A stretch of 64,000 nucleotides of DNA from NCBI GenBank assembly GCA_963801355.1, contig CAWDEM010000008.1:672001-736000 (forward strand), read 5' to 3'. The DNA is from Ignavibacteriota bacterium. GTDB taxonomy: Bacteria; Bacteroidota; Ignavibacteria; UBA10030; UBA6906. Made by a program: the position numbers and the translations under genes. Under the pieces are notes generated by a model. It was given only the letters and a program-made list of their open reading frames with translations. It did not search any database and was not told the origin of the DNA. Positions 39,389 through 49,600 of the stretch are shown one piece after another (position 1 is the first letter of the stretch; the number at the start of each line of letters is the position of its first letter).

Positions 39389-39648
39389 GGTGTGGAGTTA
39401 TCCCGATATGGTCAAAGTGTGATTCATTGGATGCGACGTCACGTTTCTCTGCCCCATTAATCTACTCCGAAAATCCAGGATCTGCAATCGTTGGGTCACG
39501 ATATCGAGTGGCCTGTACAATATCGACGAGCGAAGCGCCAGGCCACATAGATGGAACGGGAAGCTCTTTTCATGAGAACCTTCAGATACCAGCGCTGCTG
39601 GTTGTCGAGGACAGAACTGTCCCAATCCGGGGCGGCACAAGCGTTAGT

Positions 39649-39677
39649 TTGACTATGGTCGTTCCCTATCGTATTAT
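39649..39677 (+). promoter_or_regulatory. Putative sigma70 promoter for kinase 3
   Basis: TTGACT-N17-TATTAT. Confidence 0.6.
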
Positions 39678-39735
39678 ACCATGGTACTGCTGTTCCTTGG
39701 TGCCGTAGGAATCGTACACGCCCGTGGAGATTCCC

Positions 39736-42360
39736 ATGATCGGCCAGACTGTCTCACACTACAAGATCCTCGAAAAACTCGGCGAAGGCGGCATGGGTGT
39801 CGTCTACAAAGCCGAAGACCTCAAACTCACTCGCACCGTCGCACTGAAGTTCCTCCCTTCTGGCCTGGATGCCCACGAACCCGAGCGGGCACGATTCCTT
39901 CAGGAGGCCCGGGCCGCTGCCATCCTGAACCATCCCAACATCTGCACCATTCATGACATCCAGGAGCATGATGGACAGCAGTTCATTGTCATGGAATATG
40001 TGGAGGGAAAGACACTCAGGAAGAAGATTGAGGATGGAAGATTGAAGATCGAGGATTGCATCAAGTACGCAATCCAGATTGCTGAAGCCCTTCAGGAAGC
40101 CCATTCCCACGGCATAGTACATCGCGACATCAAGGCCGAAAACATCATGGTCAATACGAAAAACCAGGTGAAGGTGATGGACTTCGGGTTGGCCAAGCTG
40201 AGGGGATCGTTGAAACTCACTAAGACCTCGAGCACCATCGGGACGCTGGCCTATATGGCGCCCGAGCAGATTGAAGATGGTGAGGTGGATGCCAGATCTG
40301 ACATCTTTTCGTTTGGCGTGGTGCTGTATGAAATGCTCGCGGGTCATCTTCCCTTCCGTGGGGAGCACGAGGCTGCAATGGTGTACTCGATCGTAAATGA
40401 GGAGCCGGAACCCCTGCAACGCTATGTGGCGGACGCGTCTTCAGAACTGCTGCACATACTCGACCGGGCTCTCGCGAAGGATCCCGAAGAGCGGTACCAG
40501 GCAGTCCACGAGATGCAGATAGATCTCCGGAGGCTGAAGAAGGATTCTACCAGAGTATTACGGCAGTCCCTTGGCGCTATACCAATCCCGGGGATAGGAG
40601 AATCAGTACAGACTTCGGAAGCCAAGAGTGGCTCGAGAAAACCATATTGGATAGCTGCGGCCGGTTTGGTAGCTCTTGTCGCAGCGGCCTCGTATGTTTT
40701 GCTCCGCCCGTCCCCGGTGCCGAATCTGAATCCTTCTATGTCAATCCATACGCTGGAGATCCCTTTCGCCCAGATTCAATTCCCAAGTCTGTCTCGAGAC
40801 GGCAACTGGGTTGCGTTCGCGGCATGCGATGTTCGCAATGAGTGGGCAGTGTATTTTATGAACATTGCGAAACGTGATCCGCGACGCCTCACGACAGGGA
40901 ATCTCAAGGATGTAGGATATGCCGAGATCTCTCCCGACGGGAGTGAAGTATTGTACGATTACTGGCCGGCCGGCAGGAATCCCGGTGTCTACGTAGTCTC
41001 ATCGCTTGGAGGCACGGAACGCAGGATTGCAGAGCCTGGAGATGCGGCAAGGTGGCGACAGGATGGCCTTCTCATCGGCTACATCCGCCTGGGAGTGATG
41101 TATCGACCAAGTGAATCGGGGAGACGGGAGTTCTGGACAGTGAGGCCCGACGGGAGGGAGAATCATCTGGCATTCATCGACAGCCTGAGTAATGTTTCGG
41201 GCAACTACTGCTTTGACTGGTCCAGAGACGGGAAGTCAATTGCATGGCTGAGAACATTCCCTGGCTACGAAGAGATCATCATTCGTGATCTGGAATCAGG
41301 GAAGGAACACCAACTGACCTCGTACAAGAAGCAAATCACGGAACTTGCCTGGGCACCAAACGACCAAATTCTTTTCACTTCAAGCAGGGGCGGTAACACG
41401 AACATCTGGACAATTCCGGCATCCGGAGGCGAAGCTATTCAGGTGACAAAGGGAAGCGGTCCGGACCTCAGCGTGCGGGCCTCCGGTGATGCAAAGCGCT
41501 TGTTGTTCCTCGAGCAGCGAACGATTGCCCATCTATGGACGGTGGACATCGATGGGCGCAATGCTAAAGAGATAACCTTCGACGACCAGAATCTCAGCTG
41601 CCCATGTTTTTCGCCTGACAAGAAACAGATTTGCTTCCACATCAGTTCTGCCGATCTGTTACGTCCGAGTAGACACGTGTTTACCATACAGAGCGATGGG
41701 TCGAACCGCTCTCAATTGACGACGGGGGAAGCTATGCACTATTTGCCTGCCTGGTCTCCCGACGGCAAGTACATCATCTTTGGCTCGCGTAGAACTAATG
41801 ATCCCGCGGACTCTTCGCGGCTCTACCTCGTCGAGGTGTCAAATCCGGCGACTCCAAAGCTTGTGGTGGAGGGTCTTGCCGCAACGTGGATCGACAAGGA
41901 GAGGTTTATTGCATCTTCAGGAATAGAAAGTATGCATGCGAATGTCTATTCCATCCATTCCTCCCGGCCAATCAAGGTCCTGGGAGATTCAGTGCTGGAA
42001 ATTCCCCTTCACGATGGCAAGAATGTTCTCACCTGGGATGGGAAGGCGGGTCGGGAGGGGTGGTGGTTGACCACGACGGACACAGGGCCGGGTGTGCAGA
42101 GAAAAAAGATTTTGTCTTCCGATTACCTCTTTTCGGCATGGCCGTCTTCGAGCCTACGATACCTACTCTATATGAAAGGCAATGGAGAGGCATGGCGAAT
42201 ATCTCTTACGGATTTGAAGCAGGAACGACTCCCCGGAATTCTGGACGGCCTGAATCCAGCTACGTCCACATTCCAACTAAGCTATGATGACGCGCGGCTT
42301 GTCTTTGCCAAGCGACGGTTCGATGCGAGGCTTGTGGTTATCGATAATCTGTTTGAATGA
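39736..42360 (+). CDS. Hanks-type Ser/Thr kinase with TM helix and TolB/PD40 beta-propeller
   Basis: GEGGMG, HRDIKAEN, DFG, YMAPE; TM YWIAAAGLVALVAAASYVLL; repeated SPDG/SRDG blades. Confidence 0.93.
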   Translation: MIGQTVSHYKILEKLGEGGMGVVYKAEDLKLTRTVALKFLPSGLDAHEPERARFLQEARAAAILNHPNICTIHDIQEHDGQQFIVMEYVEGKTLRKKIEDGRLKIEDCIKYAIQIAEALQEAHSHGIVHRDIKAENIMVNTKNQVKVMDFGLAKLRGSLKLTKTSSTIGTLAYMAPEQIEDGEVDARSDIFSFGVVLYEMLAGHLPFRGEHEAAMVYSIVNEEPEPLQRYVADASSELLHILDRALAKDPEERYQAVHEMQIDLRRLKKDSTRVLRQSLGAIPIPGIGESVQTSEAKSGSRKPYWIAAAGLVALVAAASYVLLRPSPVPNLNPSMSIHTLEIPFAQIQFPSLSRDGNWVAFAACDVRNEWAVYFMNIAKRDPRRLTTGNLKDVGYAEISPDGSEVLYDYWPAGRNPGVYVVSSLGGTERRIAEPGDAARWRQDGLLIGYIRLGVMYRPSESGRREFWTVRPDGRENHLAFIDSLSNVSGNYCFDWSRDGKSIAWLRTFPGYEEIIIRDLESGKEHQLTSYKKQITELAWAPNDQILFTSSRGGNTNIWTIPASGGEAIQVTKGSGPDLSVRASGDAKRLLFLEQRTIAHLWTVDIDGRNAKEITFDDQNLSCPCFSPDKKQICFHISSADLLRPSRHVFTIQSDGSNRSQLTTGEAMHYLPAWSPDGKYIIFGSRRTNDPADSSRLYLVEVSNPATPKLVVEGLAATWIDKERFIASSGIESMHANVYSIHSSRPIKVLGDSVLEIPLHDGKNVLTWDGKAGREGWWLTTTDTGPGVQRKKILSSDYLFSAWPSSSLRYLLYMKGNGEAWRISLTDLKQERLPGILDGLNPATSTFQLSYDDARLVFAKRRFDARLVVIDNLFE
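40023..40057. repeat. Five heptamers (GARGATN) inside a kinase domain
   Basis: gaagatt gaggatg gaagatt gaagatc gaggatt, encoding KIEDGRLKIED. Confidence 0.75.
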
Positions 42361-42397
42361 TTTCCGCAATCCTGCCGTTCACAACATCCGTCCTGAA

Positions 42398-44065
42398 TCA
42401 GTGTTTCCTTTCGTAGATCACCCGCCCATCGAAGATTGTCATCTCGACCTTTGCGGTATTGAGCAGAGACGGATTCATGTGCAGAATGTCGTCGGAGAGC
42501 ACGACCATATCGGCGAGTTTTCCAGTTTCAACTGATCCCTTGAGTTTTTCGTCGAATGAGGCAAATGCTCCCCCGAGCGTGAACGCCTTGATCGCTTCCC
42601 CAACGCTGATCTTCTGCTCCGGAATCCAACCCCCGGGATGTTTCCCGTCGAGCGTGCTTCGAGTCACCGCACCATAGATTCCCATGAGGGGTTCCATCGG
42701 CGCGACCGGCCAGTCGGAGCCGAACGCGAGCGTGGCGCCCGCATCGAGCAGCGAACGGAATGCATAAGCCCCCTTCGCTCGTTCACGGCCGATCCTCTTC
42801 TCTGCCCATCGTCCATCATCGATCGCGTGGTAGGGCTGCATTGAGGCGATAACCCCCTGCCGTGCGAATGATGCGATCTCTCCTTCCTGCAGGTGCTGTG
42901 CGTGTTCGATGCGGAATCGCCTGTCGCGTGCTCCGTTGTGTTTTGCTGCCCTCTCGTACATGCCGAGAATAATCTGATTGGCGCGATCACCAATTGCGTG
43001 AATCCCGATTTGCAGTCCGGCGCTGTCGGCTGAGGTGATGTTGGCAAGCATTCGGGTTTCGGGTATCATCTCTTCGCTCGGGAGGCCGGATGTCGCCGGC
43101 GCGTCGTCGTACGGCGAGAAAAACAGGGCCGTCGTTGAGCCAAGAGAACCGTCCGCGAACCCCTTCATGCCGCCGATCTTCAGCTTCTCGTTGCCGAACC
43201 CTGCATGTAGCCCGATTGAAGCCTGGCGTTTCCAGGAACTGAGAGGTTGGAATCCGTAGATACGGACAGTGAGTTCGTCCCTGCCGAGGAGATCTTGGTA
43301 TGCGGCCAGAATATCCGATGATGCCGACATATCCTGGACGCTGGTCACACCATTCTCTGCTGCACACCGGAGCGCAGCGCGTATCGCGTCAACGATCTCT
43401 GCCGGTGAGGCGTCGGGGATCACCCGGTACACAGGATCCATTGCGGCGTCTTTGAGTATTCCGGTGGGCTCACCTTGCGCGTCTCGAACGATGGTTCCGC
43501 CCGGCGGGTCAGGTGTTTCCCTGGTGATCCCTGCAAGTTTGAGTGCAAGCGAATTGGCAAGGGCCATATGGCCGTCAAGCCGGTCAACGAAGACGGGGTT
43601 GTCGGGTGTTCCCTTGTCGATCATCGCTCGCGTTGGCAAATGTGCCGGTGTCCATCCTTCATGATCCCAGTTTCCCCCTGTGATCCACTGCCCTTTCGGG
43701 ATGCGTGCAGCGAATTCACGTATCCGCTCAGCAAATTCCCCGGCCGACTTGGCCGTGCGGAGTTGCACGCCGCTGAGATTCGCCCCGCCGGAATAGAAAT
43801 GCAGATGCGCGTCGTTGAATCCAGGCACGACTCGTTTGCCGGCCAGGTTGATAACCCGGGTTTTCTCCCCGGCCCACGAACGAATGTCGTTCGTCGATCC
43901 CACCGCAACGATCCTGCTTCCTATGCACGCGACAGCTTCTGCTTCCGGCTGCTTCGGATTGACGGTCCAGATCTTACCGTTCACGAGAATCAAGTCGGCG
44001 TACGACTGTGCATTTGTCGTGTTGAAAGCAAGGATTGACATGATAACGAGAAGTAATGGTTTCAT
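42398..44065 (-). CDS. Amidohydrolase, YtcJ-like, with signal peptide
   Basis: [35 protein letters not shown]. Confidence 0.93.
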   Translation of the reverse strand: MKPLLLVIMSILAFNTTNAQSYADLILVNGKIWTVNPKQPEAEAVACIGSRIVAVGSTNDIRSWAGEKTRVINLAGKRVVPGFNDAHLHFYSGGANLSGVQLRTAKSAGEFAERIREFAARIPKGQWITGGNWDHEGWTPAHLPTRAMIDKGTPDNPVFVDRLDGHMALANSLALKLAGITRETPDPPGGTIVRDAQGEPTGILKDAAMDPVYRVIPDASPAEIVDAIRAALRCAAENGVTSVQDMSASSDILAAYQDLLGRDELTVRIYGFQPLSSWKRQASIGLHAGFGNEKLKIGGMKGFADGSLGSTTALFFSPYDDAPATSGLPSEEMIPETRMLANITSADSAGLQIGIHAIGDRANQIILGMYERAAKHNGARDRRFRIEHAQHLQEGEIASFARQGVIASMQPYHAIDDGRWAEKRIGRERAKGAYAFRSLLDAGATLAFGSDWPVAPMEPLMGIYGAVTRSTLDGKHPGGWIPEQKISVGEAIKAFTLGGAFASFDEKLKGSVETGKLADMVVLSDDILHMNPSLLNTAKVEMTIFDGRVIYERKH

Positions 44066-44117
44066 CGGTTGTGTGCACCCTAGATGTTGCTTGTTCGCAG
44101 CTGACGGTTTGTGGAGC

Positions 44118-44146
44118 AATATACCACCGGAGACGCCTGATGTCAA
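44118..44146 (-). promoter_or_regulatory. Putative sigma70 promoter for the amidohydrolase
   Basis: TTGACA-N17-TATATT on the minus strand. Confidence 0.65.
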
Positions 44147-44147
44147 T

Positions 44148-44196
44148 GATATCGGATATCGGTGCGAGAATATCGGTGCGAGAATATCGGTGAGCG
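44148..44196. repeat. Heptamer-based 14-bp tandem repeat
   Basis: gatatcg gatatcg gtgcgag aatatcg gtgcgag aatatcg gtgagcg. Confidence 0.85.
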
Positions 44197-44310
44197 AAGA
44201 CCCACGCTCCACTGAAGTTCGACGCATCTAGTCTCTCAAGCGGCGTGTACTTGTACCATCTGACGGTAGGAGGATTTGAGCAAACTCGGAAGATGGTTGT
44301 CGTAAAGTAA
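44194..44310 (+). pseudogene. Orphan 3' fragment of a T9SS type A C-terminal domain
   Basis: [38 protein letters not shown]; in-frame TGA at 44191 and no ATG/GTG/TTG upstream of the motif. Confidence 0.8.
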
Positions 44311-44342
44311 GTCTTTGCCCTCTCCCGGCATGCAGGATTGCG

Positions 44343-44373
44343 TTGAGGCGTGAGCTCGGAGCTCACGCCTCAA
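44343..44373. terminator. Perfect 15-bp inverted repeat (terminator-like or REP-like hairpin)
   Basis: ttgaggcgtgagctc-g-gagctcacgcctcaa between convergent 3' ends; no U-tract. Confidence 0.6.
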
Positions 44374-44397
44374 TGGACGCGGGTGGCCCCTCAATTC

Positions 44398-44865
44398 TCA
44401 CCGATGCCGTCCATGGCCGTGGAACCCGCCAAAGACGCGGACTCCGTAGTATGCGCGCGGCGCCCAATAATATGAAGGCCAGAACCAGGGGTCGTAATAC
44501 GGATACCCGCCCCACCAGTAGTAGTCGTACGGATAGGTGCGATAAACCGTAGGCCGGTCTTCCTTCCTCGACGACTCATCAGCCAAAAGCATCGCATGAA
44601 TCACGGTGTCGGCAACACCGGAATCAGCGAGCGCAATCACATCCGGTGTGCGCAACCGGAATGTCGAGCCCGTGGTGTTGATCATCCTCACGATCACGTC
44701 GTTGCTGATTCCCGCTTTCGTCAAAGCAATGACATCCTCCTGCCTCAACACCACGAGCGAGTCCTGCGGCGTTCCCTGGGCACGTGTTGCATAATGCTCC
44801 GGAACACATCCCGACGCACCCAGAATACACACGGCCGCTAGTACAGCCACAGCTATCTTTTTCAC
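44398..44865 (-). CDS. Hypothetical lipoprotein
   Basis: MKKIAVAVLAAVCILGASGC lipobox; AAGGAGG RBS; Tyr/Trp-rich C-terminus. Confidence 0.8.
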   Translation of the reverse strand: MKKIAVAVLAAVCILGASGCVPEHYATRAQGTPQDSLVVLRQEDVIALTKAGISNDVIVRMINTTGSTFRLRTPDVIALADSGVADTVIHAMLLADESSRKEDRPTVYRTYPYDYYWWGGYPYYDPWFWPSYYWAPRAYYGVRVFGGFHGHGRHR

Positions 44866-45131
44866 AGCCCTTCCCTCCTTATCTCTCCATTTGGTTCACG
44901 TAACTACCGATTAATTGTTTTCATTCTTTTGACAACTCCCGGTGCCCGGAGGTTTATCTCCAATGCGCTTGAAAAGTATGGAGAAGCCAGCCAACATCGA
45001 AGGGGTGCCCGTCTCTTTCGGGAGCCAAGTTACCGGGTAGCAGCCGAAGAGCTATATGGATGGGGAATATCGCAGGTGGGAGATGCCAGAGTCCTTGACT
45101 CCGTGAGAGAGGCCTGTAGTGCCGTCGGTGT

Positions 45132-46307
45132 TCATTTGCCGTTCCTGCCAACATAGCGGAGCGACAGGACGGTAATATCGTCCGATTGCGGGGCCTCGCG
45201 CGTGTGTTTCTTGAGATCGGCGATGCTTCCCTGCACGATTTCCTGAATTGCCTTTCCGCTCGTCGATCTCAGATACGACTCCAGTCGGGACTCCTTATAC
45301 TGATTCATTTCGGAGTCCATCGCCTCACTCACGCCGTCAGTGTAGACGAACAGCGAGTCGCCCTTTGCCAGATGAAACCGTTTTGTCTCGAAGTCCGCAT
45401 GCTGAAACTTTCCGAGAAACATCCCGTCGGTCATCGGGAGCTGCTCAATATCCCCCATCGCACGGACGTGATAGGGAAGATTGTGTCCCCCGTTGCTGTA
45501 CTGGACCTCGCCGGTGTGGATATTGAGAACACCGTAAAAGACCGTCACAAAAGTCGAGTCATCACTTTCCGGTATCAAAAGCGTGTTAAGCCTTCGCAAG
45601 ACCTCGCCGGGATTGACGATCTGATGCGCGACAGCTTTCAGCAGGGTGCGGCTCACCGCCATGTAGATCGCCGCCGGAATCCCCTTTCCCGAGACATCAC
45701 CCACGGCAAAGGCCAGACGGTCTTCGTCGATAAGATAGAAATCGTAGAAGTCCCCACCAACCTCTTTTGCTGTCAGCATCTCCGCATAAATGTCTATCTC
45801 GGGACGGTGCGGGAATGGTGGAAACGTCTTCGGCAGCATGGATTGCTGGATGCGTGTGGCTGTGCTCAAATCCCGCTGCACTGCGACGAGCTCATCCCTT
45901 GTTTTCATCGCGTGCCGGATGATATCGAGCTGCCGTATGGTTTTCTGCACCGTGAGATCGAGATCCTTGAAATCGATCGGCTTTGTCAGGAAGTCGAAGG
46001 CACCCCGGTTCATGGCAGTGCGGATGTTCTCCATATCGCCGTACGCGGAGATAATGACGGACTTGATGCAGGGGTTGTTCCGCTCACCGACCTTCTCCAG
46101 AAGTGTGAGGCCGTCCATCTCGGGCATGTTGATGTCCGAAAGGATAACCGAAATATCCGGATGTGCATCAAGCCTGCTCAGCGCCTGGAGGCCGTTCTGG
46201 GCAAACTCGAACCGGAGTTCGTCATCGCGAATCTGCTTCCGGAATCTCTGGCGGATGAGGATTTCAAGATCCGGTTCATCATCGACTACGAGAATCTTAG
46301 GAGGCAT
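45132..46307 (-). CDS. Response regulator receiver-PP2C/SpoIIE phosphatase (RsbU/RsbP-like)
   Basis: ILVVDD, SDINMPEMDG, KP; EVGGDFYD, GDVSGKG, YTDGVSE, DDIT. Confidence 0.93.
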   Translation of the reverse strand: MPPKILVVDDEPDLEILIRQRFRKQIRDDELRFEFAQNGLQALSRLDAHPDISVILSDINMPEMDGLTLLEKVGERNNPCIKSVIISAYGDMENIRTAMNRGAFDFLTKPIDFKDLDLTVQKTIRQLDIIRHAMKTRDELVAVQRDLSTATRIQQSMLPKTFPPFPHRPEIDIYAEMLTAKEVGGDFYDFYLIDEDRLAFAVGDVSGKGIPAAIYMAVSRTLLKAVAHQIVNPGEVLRRLNTLLIPESDDSTFVTVFYGVLNIHTGEVQYSNGGHNLPYHVRAMGDIEQLPMTDGMFLGKFQHADFETKRFHLAKGDSLFVYTDGVSEAMDSEMNQYKESRLESYLRSTSGKAIQEIVQGSIADLKKHTREAPQSDDITVLSLRYVGRNGK

Positions 46308-46671
46308 ACAGCACGTCCTTTTTGACCTGCTCGAAGTCGATCGGCTTCGTGAAATAGTGTTCGGCTCCGGTCGACATGGCGGTTCTGAAATTGAGTTCGT
46401 CACCATAGGCGGTGATCATGGAGACCCGGATGGCGGGGTATTTCTCTTTTACTGCCCGCAAGAGATCCAGCCCGGTGATGCCGGGCATGTTGATATCCGA
46501 AAGAATACAGCCCACATCCGGAGGATTCACGGTCTGGAGGTAGTCCAGTGCCTCCTCTCCCGAGAACGCATAACAGAGCTGGACGCGTCCATCCTTTACT
46601 TCTTTGCGGAATTGCTGGCGGAAAAGGATTTCCACATCCCGTTCGTCATCGACGATCATGATTTTCATCAT
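46297..46671 (-). CDS. Single-domain response regulator
   Basis: IMIVDD, SDINMP, ITAY, TKP. Confidence 0.93.
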   Translation of the reverse strand: MMKIMIVDDERDVEILFRQQFRKEVKDGRVQLCYAFSGEEALDYLQTVNPPDVGCILSDINMPGITGLDLLRAVKEKYPAIRVSMITAYGDELNFRTAMSTGAEHYFTKPIDFEQVKKDVLYAS

Positions 46672-49600
46672 GCACCTCCCTTTCCATTCATTGCAAGCCG
46701 GGGGATAGTGATCACAAATTCCGTGTACTGTCCCTCTTGTGAATCCACGCTGATTCCTCCTTTGTGCTCCTGCGTGATGATGTCGTAGGAAAGCGACAGG
46801 CCGAGCCCTGTTCCGACGCCTGCCGGCTTCGTCGTGAAGAACGGATTGAAGATCTTTTCGCGGATCGCATCCGGGATGCCGTTGCCATTGTCCCTGATCC
46901 GGATTTCAACGCTCTCTTTCAGATTCTTGGCGGTCACGCGCACAATCGGCGCAAAACCATTCTGGGAAGTTTTCTTCTTCTCGTACGCGGCATAGCAGGC
47001 GTTGTTGACGATGTTGAGGAACGCCCGACTCAGGTCCTGGGGAACGACGTTGACTTTGCCCACACCAGGATCAAATTCGGTCTCGATCTTCACGTTGAAT
47101 GATTGGTCCTGCGCCCTCATGCCATGGTAGGCCAGATTCGTGTATTCTGCGAGCAGGGCATTCAGATCGGTCTCCTGCCGCTCCCCCGATTTGCCGCGCG
47201 AGTGCAGGAGCATGCCGCGCACGATGCTGTCAGCACGCTTGCCGTGCTCGTTGATCTTGCCGACGTTCTGCTCGAGGTCGCTCAGCAGTTCTTCGATTTC
47301 CTTCGCCCGGCTGGGGTCGACTCTGTCGCATTCGGCGGCAAGTTCTCTCCGAAGATCCTTCGTCAGGTCGTGAGACAAAACGGAGAAATTCGTGATGAAA
47401 TTGAGCGGATTCTTGATCTCGTGGGCAATTCCCGCTGTCAGCTGACCGAGCGAAGCCATCTTCTCTGAGAGAATAAGTTGTTTCTGGGTTTCTTTCAGGT
47501 TGTCGAGTGTCTTCTGGAGCTCCCCGGTCCTATCCTGGACCAGCTGTTCGAGTTCCGCTTTATGCTTCTTCAAATTCCGCGTCCGGTAGAGATAGAACGA
47601 TGGGCCGGCGGTCAGGAACCCAATCACTACCAGCGCAATGAACCATGGCGTCTGATAGAAGTACGGACTCAGTACAAAGCTCGTTGATGCCCCCGTTTCG
47701 TTCCATACACCATCGCTGTTGGCGGCGATGACACGAAACGTATACTCTCCCGGATCCAGATGCGTATAGTACGCGTCGCGCCGTGCTCCCGCGTCGATCC
47801 AGCCGTCGTCAAGTCCCACCAGCCGATATTTGTAATGCACTTCGTTCGCGCCGGCGAAACTGATCCCCGCGTAATGGAATTCGAAGCGGGACTTTCCGGC
47901 AGGCACACGGACCTGTCCGTTCGCCGGCTGTCGTTCTCCCTCCACCAGGAACCGGTCGATCACCACAGGAGGAGGGACCTGGTTCATCCGGATATCAGCG
48001 GGGTTGACAACGACGATTCCTTTGGTTGTCGAAAAGCAGATCCCCCCGTCCCTGAGTTTGAATCCGGAGGGAAAAAAGCCGCCGTTGCACTCACGGCTCT
48101 CCATCCCATCCGCGGCGCCATACGAAGTGCACGTGACCGATACCGCATTCCCGTCTGCTACATCATTGAGCTGTTTCTTGCTGACGCGCGACACCCCCTT
48201 GTTCGAGGACATCCAGAAATATCCCGCATTGTCCTCAAGAATGGCGTAGACGTTGTAGTCGAACAATCCTTGCTGCGGTGAGATACCGACGAATTTGCCG
48301 TCTTTGTATCGAAAGGTTCCCTGACCCCCGGTGCCTATCCAGATGGCACCATCGGCGTCCTCATGAAAGGCCATAGCCCAGTCCGCATCAAAGCCTTCTT
48401 CCTTTCCGACCCGCTTGAGACGCCCATCCTTATACCAGTACATCCTCGATTCCGTGCCGATCCAGATCGTCCCCCGGCTGTCCTCGAAGAGAGTAGTGAT
48501 CGGGTCCGTCAAGTTTTCCCTCGCACCAACCGTGTCGATCGGAATGAACTTACCTCGACTGTATGAGAGGAGCTGATTCCGTGAGGCGATGAGCCATTCC
48601 CCCGACCTTGTAAGAAGAAAAGCATTCCCTCTGATGTCCGGCTCACCGTTGACAGTGCGGGAGCGTGGCGTGATTGTTCCGTTTCGCAGCGTGTACAGTC
48701 CCCGGGATGAACCAATCCAGATAGTGCCTTCACTGTCTTCTCCCAGAGCGCGCACATCCACCAGGGGTGGACCCTTTCTGTTTTGGGAATGGGTGATGAC
48801 GCCGCCCTGGAGGCGGTTGAGTGCGCCGAAGGCTGTTCCTATCCAGATGGCTCCGGTATGATCTTCAAAGACGGCTTCCGTGTTGTCTTCGCTGAGGCCG
48901 ACTTTGGAAGAGTAGGTGACGAATTTCTCATCCCGAAACCGGTCCACTCCCCCGCCGAAGGTGCTTACCCAGACGCTGCCTTCACGGTCGATCAGCATGT
49001 CTTGCACGCCGTTGTCAGACAGCCCGTCGCTTCGCTGGTAGCGCTCAAACTTACCGCCGGCAAATCGTGCGATTCCTTTGCCGGTCGCGAGCCAGAGGCT
49101 CCCTTCTGCGTCTTCCTGGATGAGAGAGATATTGTTCTCATCGCGATCTGCCGAGGCGTTGTACTTTGTGAACTTGCCATCCACGAACGCATTCAATCCT
49201 CCGGCGGTCGCAATCCAGAGAGTTCCCCGGGCATCTTCGTGGAAGGATTGTATGGTCGGATTTGTGAGCAAGGCCTTCTTGTCGTAGCGTGTGACTGTTC
49301 CACCGCGATAGGCGAGGAGATGGGTCGTGGAGTTCATCCAGAGAGTGCCGTGACGGTCTTCAAAACAATTCGAATTGGGATTAAGGCGGCGGAAGACCGT
49401 GTCGGGGAATTCCTTCCGGCCGGTCATGATTTCTATTTTTCCCGCGCTGAGGCGGGCCAGCCCTCGCGGTGTACTAATCCAGAGATTGTCGTTGCTGTCA
49501 ACTCCGAGGGTGCTGATTGTATCAGCGGGGAGACCGTCACTGACCGTATATGTTTTGAACTTCCCCTCCTTGAATTCGGCGAGGCCTCCCAGTGTGCCGA

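Noticed and set aside
39389-39648. Short ORFs in the intergenic gap
   Set aside because: No recognisable motifs or RBS.
31141-42360. Diversity-generating retroelement acting on kinases or CTDs
   Set aside because: No reverse transcriptase and no template/variable repeat pair differing at adenines was seen.
44929-45156. 75-aa ORF with FREPSYRVAAEEL, faintly like a glycosyltransferase C-terminus
   Set aside because: The similarity is too short, the TTG start lacks an RBS, and it overlaps the phosphatase end.
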